From Squalus acanthias (Eukaryota): 64,000 nt of DNA. Both the position numbers and the translations under genes were made by a program. This document shows, one piece after another, positions 48,209 through 62,743 of this stretch (positions within the stretch are counted from its first letter, which is position 1; each line of letters starts with the position of its first letter). The notes below the pieces were generated by a model, which saw only the letters and a program-made list of their open reading frames with translations, was not told the origin of the DNA and ran no database searches. The stretch lies in contig CM059431.1 of assembly GCA_030390025.1 (NCBI GenBank), positions 111,788,001 to 111,852,000 of the forward strand, in the 5' to 3' direction.

Positions 48209-49030
48209 GGCCGGAATTTTGTCGGCGCTCAGGGGCGGGTTTGGAGGCGGGACATCCGGCAAAATCATAAAGATTGACAGCGGGTAGGAAACCTGCTGTC
48301 AACCCACCTCCAATCAATCTTCCCAAGTGTCGGATCCCCGATTTGCTCATGGACCCGACACCTAGTGGCGGGAAAAGGATTATAGCCACTTAACTGCTTG
48401 TTAACAGGTTGTTAACAGGCAGTTAAGAGGCTTTTTGCAATTTTGACATTTCTACTGCAGGCTTCCCGACGTCCGGACACCATGCCAGGTAAATGTGGCG
48501 TGTTGTGAGTCTGCTGTAATGTTTCTGCATTGATGACAGCTGCAGAAGTGCTGTGAAGGATCCAATGGTGCACTGGTGAGTTTCAGAGGTAAGAAGTTTT
48601 GGATTGTATGTGTAGTCCCACCTCATTGGGAGAACCTCTCTCACCAGTGACAGATCGCTTCTGTAACCTCACCTGCAGCTGCCATCTCTTCTAGCCTAAG
48701 GAGGGAGTCACTGGAGAGCCTGTGTGCAAGAGCTCACCTTTGTACCGTGATTGTCAGTGTTTGCAGCACCTCAATGCTGTCACTGAGAAATCAGCGGTCA
48801 AAAAAGAATTGTGCGTGGCCCCTTTAAGAAAACTGGCAGATGACGCGTCATCAACTGACGTCATCTGACACCGGCTTCCTCTCAATTGGCCAGCAAGCCC
48901 GCAGGGCAGGCTTAACAAGGCCAATTGACGCAAAATCACGTCTGTGCGTCTGATGTCGTTGGGGACGGGACTGGAACCTGAAAGGCAGCTGTCCCGCTCC
49001 CAAGCCACCTTGAACCGGAAAATCGCGGCC
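48209..49030. mobile_element. Harbinger-type MITE
   Basis: TIRs ggccggaatttt / aaaatcgcggcc; flanks tca/tta. Confidence 0.6.
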
Positions 49031-50419
49031 TTAGTCTCTTTTGACATACATACTTTTAATGTCAAAAAGTGACCACGTAAACTGTAAACTTAGATTACCC
49101 ATCTAGGTAAATTGCCTCTATGACTGCATAGATCAGATATATGAGTTGTGTCTTGTCATTCCAATGCAGGAGTGGAGTTGACAATTTTTCTCATCCGGGC
49201 TATAATCACTCAGTTCCGAGACTCCTTTGATAGCTTATCCACTAAGCAGCTGCCAAATAGACCAAGAAAATCCCAGGTTTCAACCCCAGTCTGTGTGGAG
49301 AGAGCTGATCTCAGGAGGTACATTTGTAGAGGCCTTCTGTCGCCTAGGCCCCAAGCTCTGGAATTCCCTGCCTAAACCTCTCCGCCTCGCTACCTCTCTT
49401 TCCTCCTTTAAGACGCTCCTTAAAACCTACCTCTTTGACCAAGCTTTTGGTCATCTGCCCTAATTTATCCTTATGTGGCTCAGTGTCAAATTTTTTGTCT
49501 TAAAATACTCCTGTGCAGCGCCTTGGGACGTTTTACTATGTTAAAGGCGCTATATAAATACAAGTTGTTGTTGTTGTTGTTGAGGTAGTAGGGGTGCTAC
49601 AATTGGCTCCAGCACCCCGAGTGAGGGAGCAGACAAATAGCTGGGGCCCCCAGCTGGAAGAGTACTATATATGCAACACACACACACACACACACACACG
49701 CACAGTCAGTGAGGACAGCTTAGGGCTTTTAGGCTGTGATCATCGCTTCATCTCTCAGATGAAATGACCTATTGCCACTCACCACTAAGGCCCATATGTA
49801 AATACTAGCCACATAGGCAGGGCAGCAAAGCCCGTGAAACTGTACCCCAGCAAGATGCCTTCAGGAAGGAAGGGAAGAAAATTAAGACGCTCCAACCCTT
49901 ACACTAAGTTTAAAGACCTCTGAACACTTTCAAATGTCATCTTTCCTCACACTTGTGAGGGAAGTACTTCGCTGGCTGGAAAGCGCTTTGGGACGTCCCG
50001 AGGTCGTGAAAGGCGCTATATAAATGCAAGCTCTTTCTGAAACAATACAAATCAATTCAATGGATAATAAAGTACGGTATATTCCCAGACCAGTACATCT
50101 TCATCTGGAGTGAGTCACTGAAGGTGAAAGTGACAACAACAACAACAACTTGTATTTATATAGCGTAGCAAAACGTAGTAAAACGTCCCAAGGCACTGCA
50201 CAGGAGTATTTTAAGACAAAAAATTTGACACCGAGCCACATAAGGATAAATTAGGGCAGGTGACCAAAAGCTTGGACAAAGAGGTAGGTTTTAAGGAGCG
50301 TCTTAAAGGAGATAGAGAGGTAGAGAGGCGGAGAGGTTTAGGCAGGGAATTCCGGAGCTTGGGGCCTAGGCAACAGAAGGCACGGCACAACTGTCTTCTT
50401 CTTCTTTTTCTTCTTTCAT

Positions 50420-51260
50420 ATGCTAGTGGCAAAGCAAATCAAATATCAATATCTAAGTCAGATATCCAGGCCAAAGCTTACTGTGTAACAGCGTGGGTAT
50501 CTTGTAGACTGCCTGCGAATTTCCTCTGAGGGCAGTGCTCAATGATGTGCTCCAGGGTCTGATTAGGAGCTCCACAGTCGCATGATGGGGATGCTTTAAT
50601 CTTCCATCTATGGAGAAGGTGGCAGCATCTACCATGACCAGTTCTGAGGCGGGTGATGGTTGTCCACTGTTTGTGAGGAAGGTTTGATCCTTCAGGTTGT
50701 ACTCAGGGGTCCTCTATAAGGAATCCTTTCCATGTCACAGTTCTTCCAAGCATTTCACCATCGGTCATCAAGGCCGAGGGGAGATCGCTGAAGTGCTTCG
50801 GCGACGGTCCAAAATGGCCTTTTAGATTTGAGACGGTTTGGTGGTAGATTGTTCAAGTCGGCCTGGATCGGCATGTCTTTGCTAGTGTAGCAGTTGTATT
50901 CTCTGGAGACTGCATATTCGCGGCGTAGGTGTGGTGTTGCAATGTTTGCAAGCACAGGCAGCCAAGGTGTTGGCGTCGATAAAAGCGTACCGGTGATAAT
51001 TCTCATAGTAGAATTCAGCTGGACATCAACGGATTTGACATGCGGACTTGATAGCCATGCCAGAGAGCAGTACTCTGCTGCAGAGTACACCAGGGAGAGT
51101 GCTGCTGTATGGAGGGTTTGAACGTCTGCTCCCCATGTGGATCCGGCGAGTTTCTGGATCAAGCTAACCCTACTCTTTAGTTTCTTCTCAAGGTTCTGGA
51201 GATGCTGTCTATATGACAGGGTGCGCTAAAGGGCAACTCCTAAATAGGAGGGGTTTTCGG
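50420..51260 (-). mobile_element. Ingi/Vingi-type LINE 3' fragment
   Basis: IQKLAGSTWGA...ALSLVYSAAEYC...W...LNSTMRIITG peptide. Confidence 0.7.
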
Positions 51261-51683
51261 TGGCAGGGATAGGATGATTGTTCTTAATCTTTCGTAATTG
51301 CAAATCTATACTAAGGTTAAATAGGAGTTTTGCATTCTTAAATCAGTTTCCCAAATACCTAGGCAAGCAGTATCAGATATCGTCATCCTCGACAGCAGCT
51401 TGCTTTCACCTGCCCGTGGAATCATGTAGGGTGGGGGACAGTAGCTGTGACTCATCTGTAACAAATGCACTAGTCTTCAACTCGCTTACTAAAATTCCTG
51501 GGGGATGGGGCCAATTGTTGGATTGCACATATTCTTTTCATTAGTCCTATATAGGCTACTGAATTACAATACAGAAGAGTTAACACTGCAGTACTCGACC
51601 CATTGCTTCATTAGCAAGACAAATGTTTTAGCTCTATCCTGCGAGAATGATTACCACCTCTCAAATGCCCGCATACTAAATCT

Positions 51684-52160
51684 CCTTCTTCTTCTTAGGC
51701 AGTCCCTCGGAACCGAGGATGACTTGCTTCCACATTAAAAATGAGTTCTCAGGTGACTGATGAGTCCAATGCAGGACCTACAGTCTCTGTCACAGGTGGG
51801 GCAGACGGTGGTTGAAGGGGCGGGTGGGTGGGGTGCTTGGGTTGACGTGCGCTCCTTGCGCTGCCTGCGCTTGGCTTCCACTTGCTCCTGGCGAAGAGAC
51901 TCGAGGTGTTTGGCGCCTTCCCGGATGCTTCTCCTCCACTTTGTGCGGTCTTGGGCCAGGGATTCCCAGGTGTCGGTGGGGATGTTACACTTTTTCAAGG
52001 AGGCTTTGAGGGTGTCCTTGAAGCGTTTCCTCTGCCCACCTGGGACTCTCTTGCCGTGCCGGAGCTCCGAGTAGAGCGCTTGTTTTGGGAGTCTCGTATC
52101 GGGCATGCGGACAATGTGACCTGTCCATCGGAGCTGATCGAGCATGGCCAAAGCTTCGAA
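51684..52160 (-). mobile_element. RTE (BovB-like) 3' fragment
   Basis: QLRWTGHIVRMPDTRLPKQALYSEL...GGQRKRFKDTLK, CxxC..H..H, (gaa)n tail. Confidence 0.85.
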
Positions 52161-53104
52161 ATAGTAGATCCTGGACAGCCAAAGCTCACGTGAAAACACA
52201 GGAGGGGAGAGATATGCTTCCTGAATCCAAGGACGGCCGTTGACACTACTACAATTCTGCAGTTAATCAGACATTATTTTCCTGAATTCACCATTTATTC
52301 TGTGGTTTTGTATGCATTTTCTACTTTCCTACTATTCCTGGTCATACTTAACATAAATGTAGGACTTGCTCAGAATGACAGACCTCAATTTGGTTGCACT
52401 GGCACCTGTACCAATTTCAGATGGCGGTGTGTTGGCAATCACAAGTGATTCTTAGCTTGTGAGATCAACTTCAAACACTTGCACATCCTTTATCTTCTAC
52501 TGGTGGACAGCATAACTCAATGCACTGCTCAGATTTAATCTGTAGGTTATTACAGATTCACACAGCATTTGATTGTTTTGTGGCAATGCTCAATCATTCA
52601 AAATAAAGTCCATTCTGTTGGCCTCATGAGGAGATAAAACGGAGTTAAGAATCACTAAACTGATTAAGACGTATCCGGCAGGTATTCCCCAATATCTAAT
52701 GGTTGGCTGGCTGCAGTTGAAATGTGAGCTTCATTTTCACAAGGCAGTTTGTATCACTACACAAATACCTTTGTGGTCCACTCTGCATCTAGTTAAGTGA
52801 TGAGAGAAAACCATTTATTTCCTCCATTAAAATAGGGCACTGTATCTGGCAATGTCCATTTTTGGATGTAAGAGGCCACTATCCTATTCGTCACATCAAT
52901 GAAATCTCTACATTTACAGATTCAAATAGGTAAAAAATAAGCAGGGTTGCTATACCGAGGGATGATATAGAAGGTACTGCTCGTGACTTGGTTTACTTGT
53001 TCCATTTGTAAACCCAACTCTAACTAAGCAAACCAACAATTAATCCAGACAGTTTTTTTTTGCCCACTTCTACAAAACTACACCCACATTTTTCATTGGA
53101 GTTG

Positions 53105-53358
53105 CAGCACCACCTCCAAGTTCCCCTCCAAGTCACACACCATCCTGACTTGGGAATATATTGCCGTTCCTTCATCGTTGCTGGGTCAAAATCCTGGAAC
53201 TCCCTCCCTAACAGCACTGTTGGGAGTACCTTCACCACACGGACTGCAGCGCTTCAAGAAGGCGGCTCACCACCACCTTCTCAAGGGCAACTAGGGATGG
53301 GCAATAAATGCTGGCCTTGCCAGCGACGCCCACATCCCATGAACAAATAAAAAAAAAG
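53105..53358 (+). mobile_element. 3' end of the 41665-type LINE
   Basis: Near-identical to 42581-42820. Confidence 0.8.
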
Positions 53359-54930
53359 AACGACAACAAGTAATTAAACTGTTCCTCCACTCCGGCTCAA
53401 GTGATATCTCCTTTGTTATTGTAGCCAATAAACCCATTCACTTTTTATTTTCATTTCCTTGGTACCTTCTCAATTGGGAGTTAATAATGAGAAAGAAAAA
53501 AAAAGCAGCATATTTTTTCCTCCTAAATTATTGTGAATTAAAATAGGCAGCAAGTTAGTGGATATTCATACGGAGCACTAGTGTTATAAAGTGTGGATAG
53601 GCTCTGCAATTATAATGGCAAGCTCTAAATCACATCAGATAAGTGTGTGAGGGCAGAAAGGAAAAGAATCAAATCACCCCAAGCTGTTCTTTCGTGGTTC
53701 TCAGAGCAGTGCTGACATAGTGCTGACACAGACCTGGAAGAGGTACTTGCCATTGTGTTCGCCATCCTGTGTTCTGGGGCAGCAACTGCAAGTTAAAATG
53801 CAAATAACTTAAAACCATTTACTTTGGTAGTCATTTAAACCTAGCACAATAATAGATCCTAGCAGTAGTTTTTAAGGCTACTTGCATTTGAAAGGTTAAC
53901 CTTCAGTGGGACATTTTGTGCTTTTTCTTCATGGTTTAATCTGACAAAAGTGTGAAAAATAAAAGCAACAATTTGATCAATTTTGTTTCAAAATGAAGTG
54001 CACTGGAGCATTGGTACTTTTCTACTCACACAGGCCAATTAATGTTTTATCGTCATGTCTTAAAATTGACAACATGAACTATACTCCTTGGATTAAGTTT
54101 GCGCTGTATTATTAATAACTCAAATTGTTGCACTGTGAAATGCAAGTTTATTAACATTTCTGAAAATTGAAGTACTTAAATATATGTAGACCTAAGGTGG
54201 GGGGAATGATGACATTTGATGGTCTGCATATATACACAAGTGCTCACAATCATTGTATACAAGGCTTGTCCTCAGATTGCTCATCTGCTTTATAAGTGCT
54301 CCTCACAAGCAGCAACCCCAACTGTCCCATCTTACTCTCTCACCGACCTTCCCGCCCAGCGCGCCCGTCGGGGGCTAATCTTGCCAATCGCCTCCCCGTC
54401 CAACTCACCCCTGCCAGCGCTGACCCTGTGGACGCTGGCAGTGGATCAGCCATCCCCGACCCTCTCCGCATCTCCCTCCAGAATGTTTGTTCACTTGCGG
54501 ACAAGGCCCTTGCCATCCGTGAGCTTATCGTGGATGACTGCATCGACATCATGGCCCTGACAGAAACTTGGCTGAGGGGTGATGACACCTTACCCTTAAA
54601 TGAAGCCTCCCCGCCTGGCTATACCTTCCATCACTTGCCCCGTCCAGACCGCCGTGGTGGCGGTGTGGCTATCACCAAATCACACCTTGGTCTGTCCCCC
54701 TACTCCTCCGACACTTGCTCCTTCTTTGAGCATCTCACCTTCTTCCACCCCTCTCACCTCTCATTTAAAATTCTCGTTCTCTACCGCCCACCCAAGTAAC
54801 ATAAAAATTTTATTACCGAGATATCTTCACTGCTCTCCTCCCTCAGCCATTGCACCGAGCGACTTCTCATCCTCGGTGATTTCAACCTCCATCAGAATTC
54901 ATCGTGCTCTCTCTCCTCTGAGTTCACTAC

Positions 54931-57900
54931 TGTAATGTATTATCACATGGTTTGGTATGAGCATGCTCAGTTCGCTCTGGCCTAATAAAGCGAGCACATG
55001 GACTAGCAACTCATCGTGTCTCTGTCCTTCATTTGTTCTACCCAAGTATATTACATTTTGGCGACAAGAATGGGATCCCAAAGCCATTTTTAGGGATCAT
55101 GGAAGGACACAGTGTTCAACCTTCGAGTGGACAAGTTTAAGATGAATTTGTGACACCTAAACTGAATTTTTGCAATGTTTTACCGTTAATGCTCATGCAG
55201 AATCGTCTGTGCTTCGCCTTCACAGTGTATGTATACACAGCAACAGCGCCGTTAATTCTCACAGGTACACGGGTAGCGTGCTGAGTCACTGTTTGACGGG
55301 ATCGGGACAATCATGGCCGCGCCTACGGGATTCAATGGAAGCCTCGGCATGTAAGACCGAGCTCGCGAACTATTCAGTTCTTACATTGAGCGGATGGAGA
55401 TTTTTTTTTCGGGCCAATAACATTATTGAGACCGAAGGTGCAGATGAGAATGTTCAAGCTCAAAATAAAGTAGTTCATGAACGGAAGAAAGCAATTTTTC
55501 TAGCGGAGATCGGGCCAGATGTCTACGGAACGCCAGGGAAAGCGAAGGATGCGTAGTTTGAAGACATTGTCGAGAAACTCGAGGACCATTTCGAGCCAAA
55601 GCCATTAGAAATAGCAGAGAGCTAGAAGTTTGGTACCAGAAACCAAAAACAAAGTGAAACCATCAGTGAGTACATTGTAGCTCTTAAGAACCTGTCTTTG
55701 CATTGTAACTTCGGCACATTTTTGGATCGTGCGTTGCGAGGTAAGTTTGTGTGTGGACTGGTGGATGAGAGCACACAGTCCACGTTACTGAACACTTCAA
55801 ACCTAACGTTTGACATAGCATACAAAATTGCTCTATCTATGGAGATGGTGTCGAAGAATGCTAGGGAGCTCAACTCAAGTGACTAGTGCAGCTGAGGTCT
55901 ACAGTCACAAAGCCACCGCCAAACCTAAAGCTGTGAGACTGGGTCAAAAGCATGTCGGTGAGAGCAGTTCAGTGAATTGTTATTGCTGCAATGGAAATCA
56001 CTCACCACGGTCCTGCCAATACAGAAATGTGAAGTGTTTTCATTGCCAGAAGCAAGGCTATAACTTTTTTTCTTCCTTTCAGATGTCAAGGATTGCAAAA
56101 TTCAACAACTCTTTATTTTTAGCACTGTTAAAAAGTTTTTTAATTTTTTCAAAAATTTAAATTTTTGTTTAAAGTAGTTAATTTATTTAACTTATAGTTA
56201 TTTTATAAATGTGATGGTTTTAAAAAAAAATTATTTGAAGTTTAGCTGTTCTTTTGGGGCCGATTTCAATTCATAGATTTGACAGGTCTTCCTGTCAAAT
56301 CTATGAATGAAAGATGGTCTGCTGCCATTGGCTCTCCATGGCCCACGTGATCCCAGGGGACGCATCGCACTAACTACGCCCCTGGGACATGCAAGCACTG
56401 CGCATCGGCACTTGGAGCAGGCCCAGGAGCTGAAGTTCCCGTGGGCCCAGAGGTCAACGGCAGGCGCGGTAGGTAAGTGCGCGCACGATCCTTACCCCCG
56501 CGGCAAGCCGGAGAGGCGAATTTCAGGGCCATTACATTAGCTATCCGCCAGTCCTCTGGCACTACACCTTTTCTAATGAATTATTAAATATGTGTAGTAA
56601 TGTCTCGGCTATCTCTTCCCTAGATTCTTTTAAAATACACGGATGTAGTCCAGGGTTTTTTTCCTCTTTGAGTTTGATTAGTTTATTTAATATATCTCCT
56701 CTTTTTATTTTAAATGCAGTTATTTCATTACTAATCTCATGATCCAATGTCACCTGTTCTAGCTCCCTGGTAAATACGGAGGCAAAGTAATTTTTTTTCA
56801 TATTTCTGCCATCTCCCTATCACTGCCTGTGGTATTATCCTGTCCATCCCTTAGTGGCCCTATTCCCATCCCAACCTTCCTTTTTTTATTGATGTGCCTG
56901 TAAAATATTTTCCTATTTTGTTTTATGTTCCTTGATAATTTAATTTCATAGTTCCTCTTTGCCTTCCTAATTGTTTTTTTGACTTCTTTCCTAATCTCTC
57001 CGTTTTCTCCCTTATCATTCTCTCCCCTGCTGTCCATGTACTTAATGTATGCCTCTTTCCTTACCCTCAATTTTTCCCTTATGGCTTTATTCATTAGTGT
57101 CTCATTAGTGTATAGCTTGTTCTTGTTTTTTAGCGGAATATATTTTTCCTGGACTCTGTTGAACACTGTTTTAAATGTTTCCCATTGCTGTTCTACATCG
57201 TTGTTTGCCAATATTGTTGCCCATTTTATTTTCCCATGTTCTATTCTCAGCCCCTCAAAATCAGCTTTTCTCCAATCTATTACCCTGGTTTTCATCATAC
57301 TTCTGTCCAGTCTCAAAACTAGACTAGAAAAACATCTTCAGTGTAGATGCTTCAAAGATGTGACTGGACACAATGCTGAACAAGTACGAAAGCATGTTCT
57401 CAGACAATTATGAGGGCATGACTGGGTATGACAGGCTTATCCGCATCAAGTCCAACGCGAAGCCTGTCTATTGTAAGACAAGGCCGGTCCACTATGCATT
57501 GAAAAGTCAGGTGGAGGTAGAGCTAGTGAAGCTCAGAGGGAACGGAGTGCTAGTAAAAACTGACAAAAGTGAATAGGTTATCCCGATTGTGGTAGTGCCC
57601 AAAGCAGACAAAACTGTACGCTTGAGCGATGACTACAAAGTTACTATCAACCAAGCAGTTGACGATGAGCAGTACCCGTTACCTACATCGCAAGATTTGT
57701 ATGCAGCACTCTCTGGGTCAAAGGTTTTCTCCAAGCTTGACCTGTCACACGCTTACGCTCAGCTGAATGTTGACAAAGAGAGTCAACAGTATCTCACCAT
57801 CAACACACACAAGGGACTGTACTCATACACCAAGTATGGTTTAAAGTCCTCCCCCAAAATCTTCCAGGCTACAATGGATAAGATTTTGCAAGGAGTTCCA

Positions 57901-60369
57901 AATTGCTTATGCAGTCAAGACGATGTGCTGATCACAACAAGCAGTGAGGAAGAAAATCTAGAAGTGTTAGATATAATGCTGCAAAGGTTGAATGCCCACA
58001 ATGTCAAATTGAATAGAAGCAAATGTGCTTTTGTGCAGCCCAAGGTTGTGTACCTTGGTCTGAAAGTTGATGCAAATGGCTTGCAACCAGTTAAGGAAAA
58101 GGTTGATGCTGTCATCAATGCTCCAAAGCCACAGAACGTGTCTGAGTTAAGATCTTTCCTTGGAATGGTCCAGTACTACGCATGTTTCTTACCTGAGTTA
58201 GTGACCATGTTAGCTCCATTACACGAGCTCCTTAAGAAGGACGTCCAGTGTAAGTGGATGAAAGCACAACAGGAAGCTTACGATGCTTGTCAGAGAAGTC
58301 TCTCGAGTGATGCTCTACTTGTGCATTATGACACAGAGCTTGAGCTTAAGTTAGCATGTGATGCTTCCAGCTATGGCATGGGAGCTGTCATAAGCCACGT
58401 AATGGATGACAGCCAAGAGAAACCAATCACGTTTGCATCACAAACCCTCACAAAGAGCAAAAGAAACTACATGCAAATTGAAAAGGAAGCACTCGATACA
58501 GTGTTTGGAATCAAGAAATTCCAACAGTTCCTGATTGGCAGAAAGTTTACCCTAATAACCGATTACAAACCGCTCCTAGCAATATTGGGGCCCAAATCTG
58601 CCATCCCTGCAATGGCCGCATCAAGACTGCAACATTGGGCAATGTTGTTGTCACAATATGACTACACGATTGAATATCGCACTTCAAAGCAAAATGCAAT
58701 CGCAGATGCCTTGTCCAGGTTGCCACATGAGGACTCGTGTGTTGGGAGTGAAGGTGCTATTTTCACACTAGGTGCAGTTGACAAAGACTTTTCCGTGAAT
58801 GCAACTGAGATTGCAGATGAGACTCAAAAGAGTGTATGAAAACACCTTGAATGGATGGACTGATCAGTGTCTGGACACAGAATTGAAACCATTCCATAAC
58901 CATTGTACTGAACTGTCTTGTGAGCAAGGTTGTATCAAGTGGGGAAACAGAGTGGTGGTACCTTCTTCTTTGAGAGATAGAATTCTGGCTGAACTTCATA
59001 CTGAACATCCAGGGATCATCAGTAAGAAATCAATTGCAAGATGCTTTGTTTACTGGCCTGGATTGGACAGTGATCTTGAATTACTTGCCAGCAAATGCAG
59101 CGTTTGCCAAAATTGCAGAAACAAACCACCCAAAACTCCACTACAAACCTGGTCATGGCCAAGTAGACCTTTTCAGAGAGTACATGTAAACTTCTGTGAG
59201 AAAGCAAATGATTATTTCCTGGTACTTGTAGATAGTCACTCAAAGTGGATTGAAGTGAAACACATGGGTTCAAATACTACAATTGAACGTACCATAGATG
59301 AGTTGAGGTCTATCTTCGCATGTCATGGCTTACCCGAAGAGCTTGTTTCTGACAATGGGCCTCAGTTTCGTTTTGCTCTATTCCAAGAATTTATGAAATG
59401 GAACCTCAAACACATTCTCCTTCCACCATATCATCCAGCTTCAAACGAAGCAGCCGAAAGGTCAGTCAGAATAGTAAAAGAAGCTCTCAAAAAATCAAGT
59501 GTTGCAGGGTTGTTCGGGACTCAGCATGAAGCAATGTTTGGTAAATTTCTTGCTGAAGTACAGAACTACTCCGCACACTACAACTGGACATACCCCAGCA
59601 GAACTCTTGAAGAGGAGATTGAGAACACGATTGAGTCTTGATCAACCGAATTTGGCCTGAAGAGTTGAACAGAAACAGTTGAGTCAGAAATATTATTGTG
59701 ACACCAATCAGAAAGAATGCAGTTTCAAATGAAACAAGTGTGTTCGTGTTCTCAGTCCCCCTGGCAAGTCAAGTTCACACAAGTGGGATGTAGGGACCAT
59801 AGTAGAGGTTGGTAGAACCAAGAGATACTTGGTTGAAATTGGTGACAAAATCCAAAGTGTTTATGTAGATCAAATGATCTCTGCTAGAGATGAACCAAGA
59901 CATGATCGTGAACCACTTGATCATGAACACATACATGAGTTTGACTCAGTTCAGACTTCAATAACTGAAGTACCAGGTTCAAACAAGTCTGAGATAGAAA
60001 CAGGACCATCTTTGAGTTCGGAACCAAAACACAACAGCCCGAAAATTGGTTCAACACCAAAACCTTCTGTAAGGAGATCAGGAAGGCTCCTCAAACCTGC
60101 TATTAAACTGGATTTGTAGTTTATTTAAAAGAGAAAAATCAGGAATTTTTGTTATGTGGTACATGTAATGCTGGGAGAGGTGAGACCATAGTATTGTTGT
60201 ATTTGAGAGGGGAATACAGACATTTTTTTTAAGGGGGAAAGCATTGTAATATATTATCACATGGTCTGGTATGAGCATGCTCAGTTCGCTCTGGCCTAAT
60301 AAAGTGAGCACATGGACTAGCAACTCATCGTGGCTCTGTCCTTCATTTGTTCTACCCAAGTATATTACA
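54931..60369 (+). mobile_element. decayed Ty3/Gypsy (Mag-like) element
   Basis: 125-bp LTRs 54931-55055 and 60245-60369 (4 mismatches); 5-bp TSD actac; PBS tggcgacaagaatgggat (tRNA-Ser-like); PPT aagggggaaag; two Cys knuckles; RT/RNase H 57589-58839, IN 58799-59641; many stops. Confidence 0.9.
56060..57320 (-). mobile_element. Harbinger MITE half (56060-56530) plus CR1 fragment (56531-57320) in place of the Gypsy protease region
   Basis: Homology to 46790-47307; PEDWRIANV, KIFYRHINKK CR1 peptides. Confidence 0.75.
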
Positions 60370-62579
60370 ACTACCTTCCTAACCTCCCTTAATCTCTCTC
60401 TCCATGTAAATCCCCAACCCATATTCAGGGCCACCCCCTCGACCTTGCCATCTCTCATGGCCTCGCTACTCCCATCGTGTCAATCGCAGATAAGGCCATC
60501 TCTGACCACCTCCTTGTATCGCTCTCCACCCACATCCCCCTTCCCACCCCCCAACCCTACTTCCTTCTGTGTCCGCCCCTGGAAAAAAACTCTCTCCCAA
60601 TCTCTTACAACTGCACTTACGAAATCTCAACTGTCCAGTCTTTGACCCTCCATTCACCACGACATTTCTGCAGCTACCGATCTGGTCAACCACACACTCA
60701 TCACTACCTTTGATGCCTAGGCCCTATTGAACAATTACTCTCTCTCACCCTGGCACGGCCCTCATCTTCACTTCCTTAAGTCCAAGGGACGCAGACTTGA
60801 ATGGATAGGGCGGACAACTGGTTTAGCCATTCACCGCCAGATCTGGCTGGACCACATAAAGCATTATCGGGTCCTGCTCTTGACTGCCATAACTGCTCAC
60901 TATTCCAGGATCATTCCTGAATGCAAAGATAAACCCCGGCTTCTATTCTCTACTGCTAACCGTCTTCTTAAACCCCTCTCCTGTCTCCTCCACCCTCACC
61001 TCCGACAACAATTCTGAGGAGCTCATGGACTTCTTTGTCTCTAAGATTGATTCCATCCATTTAGCTGCCTCTGCCACTTCCCTTCCTTCCCCTAGCCCAC
61101 CGGACCAAACTTCTTCTAAGGATCCCCCCTGCTCTAGCCCTGAACTCGCATCTTTCTCCAGTTTCTCTCTGATCTCCCCTCATGACCTCTCTGTGCTAAT
61201 CTTATCCATAGGATCCCACTTCCTGCTCCCTTGACCCTATTCCCACCAAACTGCTGACCACTTCCTTTTTTGGCTCCCATGTTAGCTGACATTGTTAACA
61301 GTTCCCTCTCCTTAGGTACTGACCCCTCTCAAAAAAAACAACCCTTGACCCCTTCATCCTTGCAGACTACCGCCCCATCTCCAACCTCCCTTTCCTCTCC
61401 AAAGTCCTTGAACGTGTTGTCGCCGCCCAAATCCGTACCCATTTTTCCAGCAACTCCATGTTTGAATCCCTCCAATCAGGTTTCCACCCCTCCACAGTAT
61501 CGAAACGGCTCTCATCAAAGTCACCCTTTGTGACTGTGACAAATGTAAACTATCCCTCCTCATTCTTCTTGACTTGTCTGCAGCCCTTTACACAGTTGAA
61601 CACACCATCCTCCTCCAACGCCTCTCCACAGCCATCCATCTCAGTGGAACTGCCCTCGCCTGGTTCCATTCTTATCTATCTAATTGTAGCCAGAGAATTA
61701 CCTGCAATGGCTTCTCTTCCCGCTCCTGCATCATTACCTCTGGTGTCCCCCAAGGATCTATCCTTGGCCCCCTCCTATTTCTCATCTACATGCTGCCCCT
61801 TGCCGACATCAACCAAAAACACAGCATCAGTTTCCACCTGTACGCTGATGACACCCAGCTCTACCTCACCACGACTACTCTCGACCCCTCTACGGTTTCT
61901 AAATTGTCAGACTGCTTGTCCGACATCCAGTTCTGGATGAGCAGAAATTTTCTCCAATTAAATATTGGGAAGTTTTTTTTTTTGAACAGGTTAGGTCTGA
62001 AAAAACCACAGATTCACTTTTCCGCAAATATCCAATTCGATTATCTACTGCACCCAGATTTCACAATTTACCATTGCTAGGACAGTACCATAACCACTAG
62101 GCTAGCATACCCGGTTCACTGATCACTGACAACTGGTGAACCACAATTTAAGCTGGGAGATTCAATTGAGTCGTGTAATCCTGGGACTCAGGTGACTGCC
62201 GGATAGCATGACTCAAGTCACTGCTCAGTTTGAATTTGTAGGTGAGACATGGATGTGGCGTAGAGGTGCGAGAAAACTAGTGCTGAATTTTGCACTGTCG
62301 TTGCCTCCACTGTGCAGGCAGAGACTGATCTGTATGAATACTAAAGTACATGGCTGTAAGTGTGAAATTAAGTCGGCAAAAGACTGAAAATAAAAAACAC
62401 ATAGCACATAATGTAACAGATAGTTATAAACAGAAGTTTTCTGAAACTAGAACACAAAACAATGCAATATTCTCTTCAAACAAAAACAAGAATCCTCCAA
62501 AGTAATTGTAACGTAGGATTTAAATCAAAACGTTGCAAAAGTGCAATGGATGATACAGGTACAACAAAAAGGATTATAC

Positions 62580-62743
62580 AAAAGCAAAATGCTGCGGATG
62601 CTGGAATCGGAAACAAAAACAGAAAATGCTGGAAACACTCAGCAGGTCAGGCAGCATCCGTGGAGAGAGAAACAGAGTCAACGTTTCAGGTCTGTGATGA
62701 AGCTGCTGCCTGGCCTGCTGAGTGTTTCCAGCATTTGCTGTTG
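62580..62743. mobile_element. Penelope family B palindromic remnant
   Basis: Inverted arms; 14-bp TSD aaaaaggattatac. Confidence 0.75.

Larger units (their letters stand above)
54250..61975 (+). mobile_element. L2-type LINE (endonuclease-RT) split by a Gypsy insertion
   Basis: ALTETWL, RGGGVA, LYRPPK endonuclease motifs; QSGF, GVPQGSILGP, YADDTQLY RT motifs. Confidence 0.8.

Noticed and set aside
53700..53810. Frame reading SSADIVLTQT resembles an Ig light-chain V start
   Set aside because: No conserved Cys/Trp framework or RSS follows; it arises from a local agtgctgaca repeat
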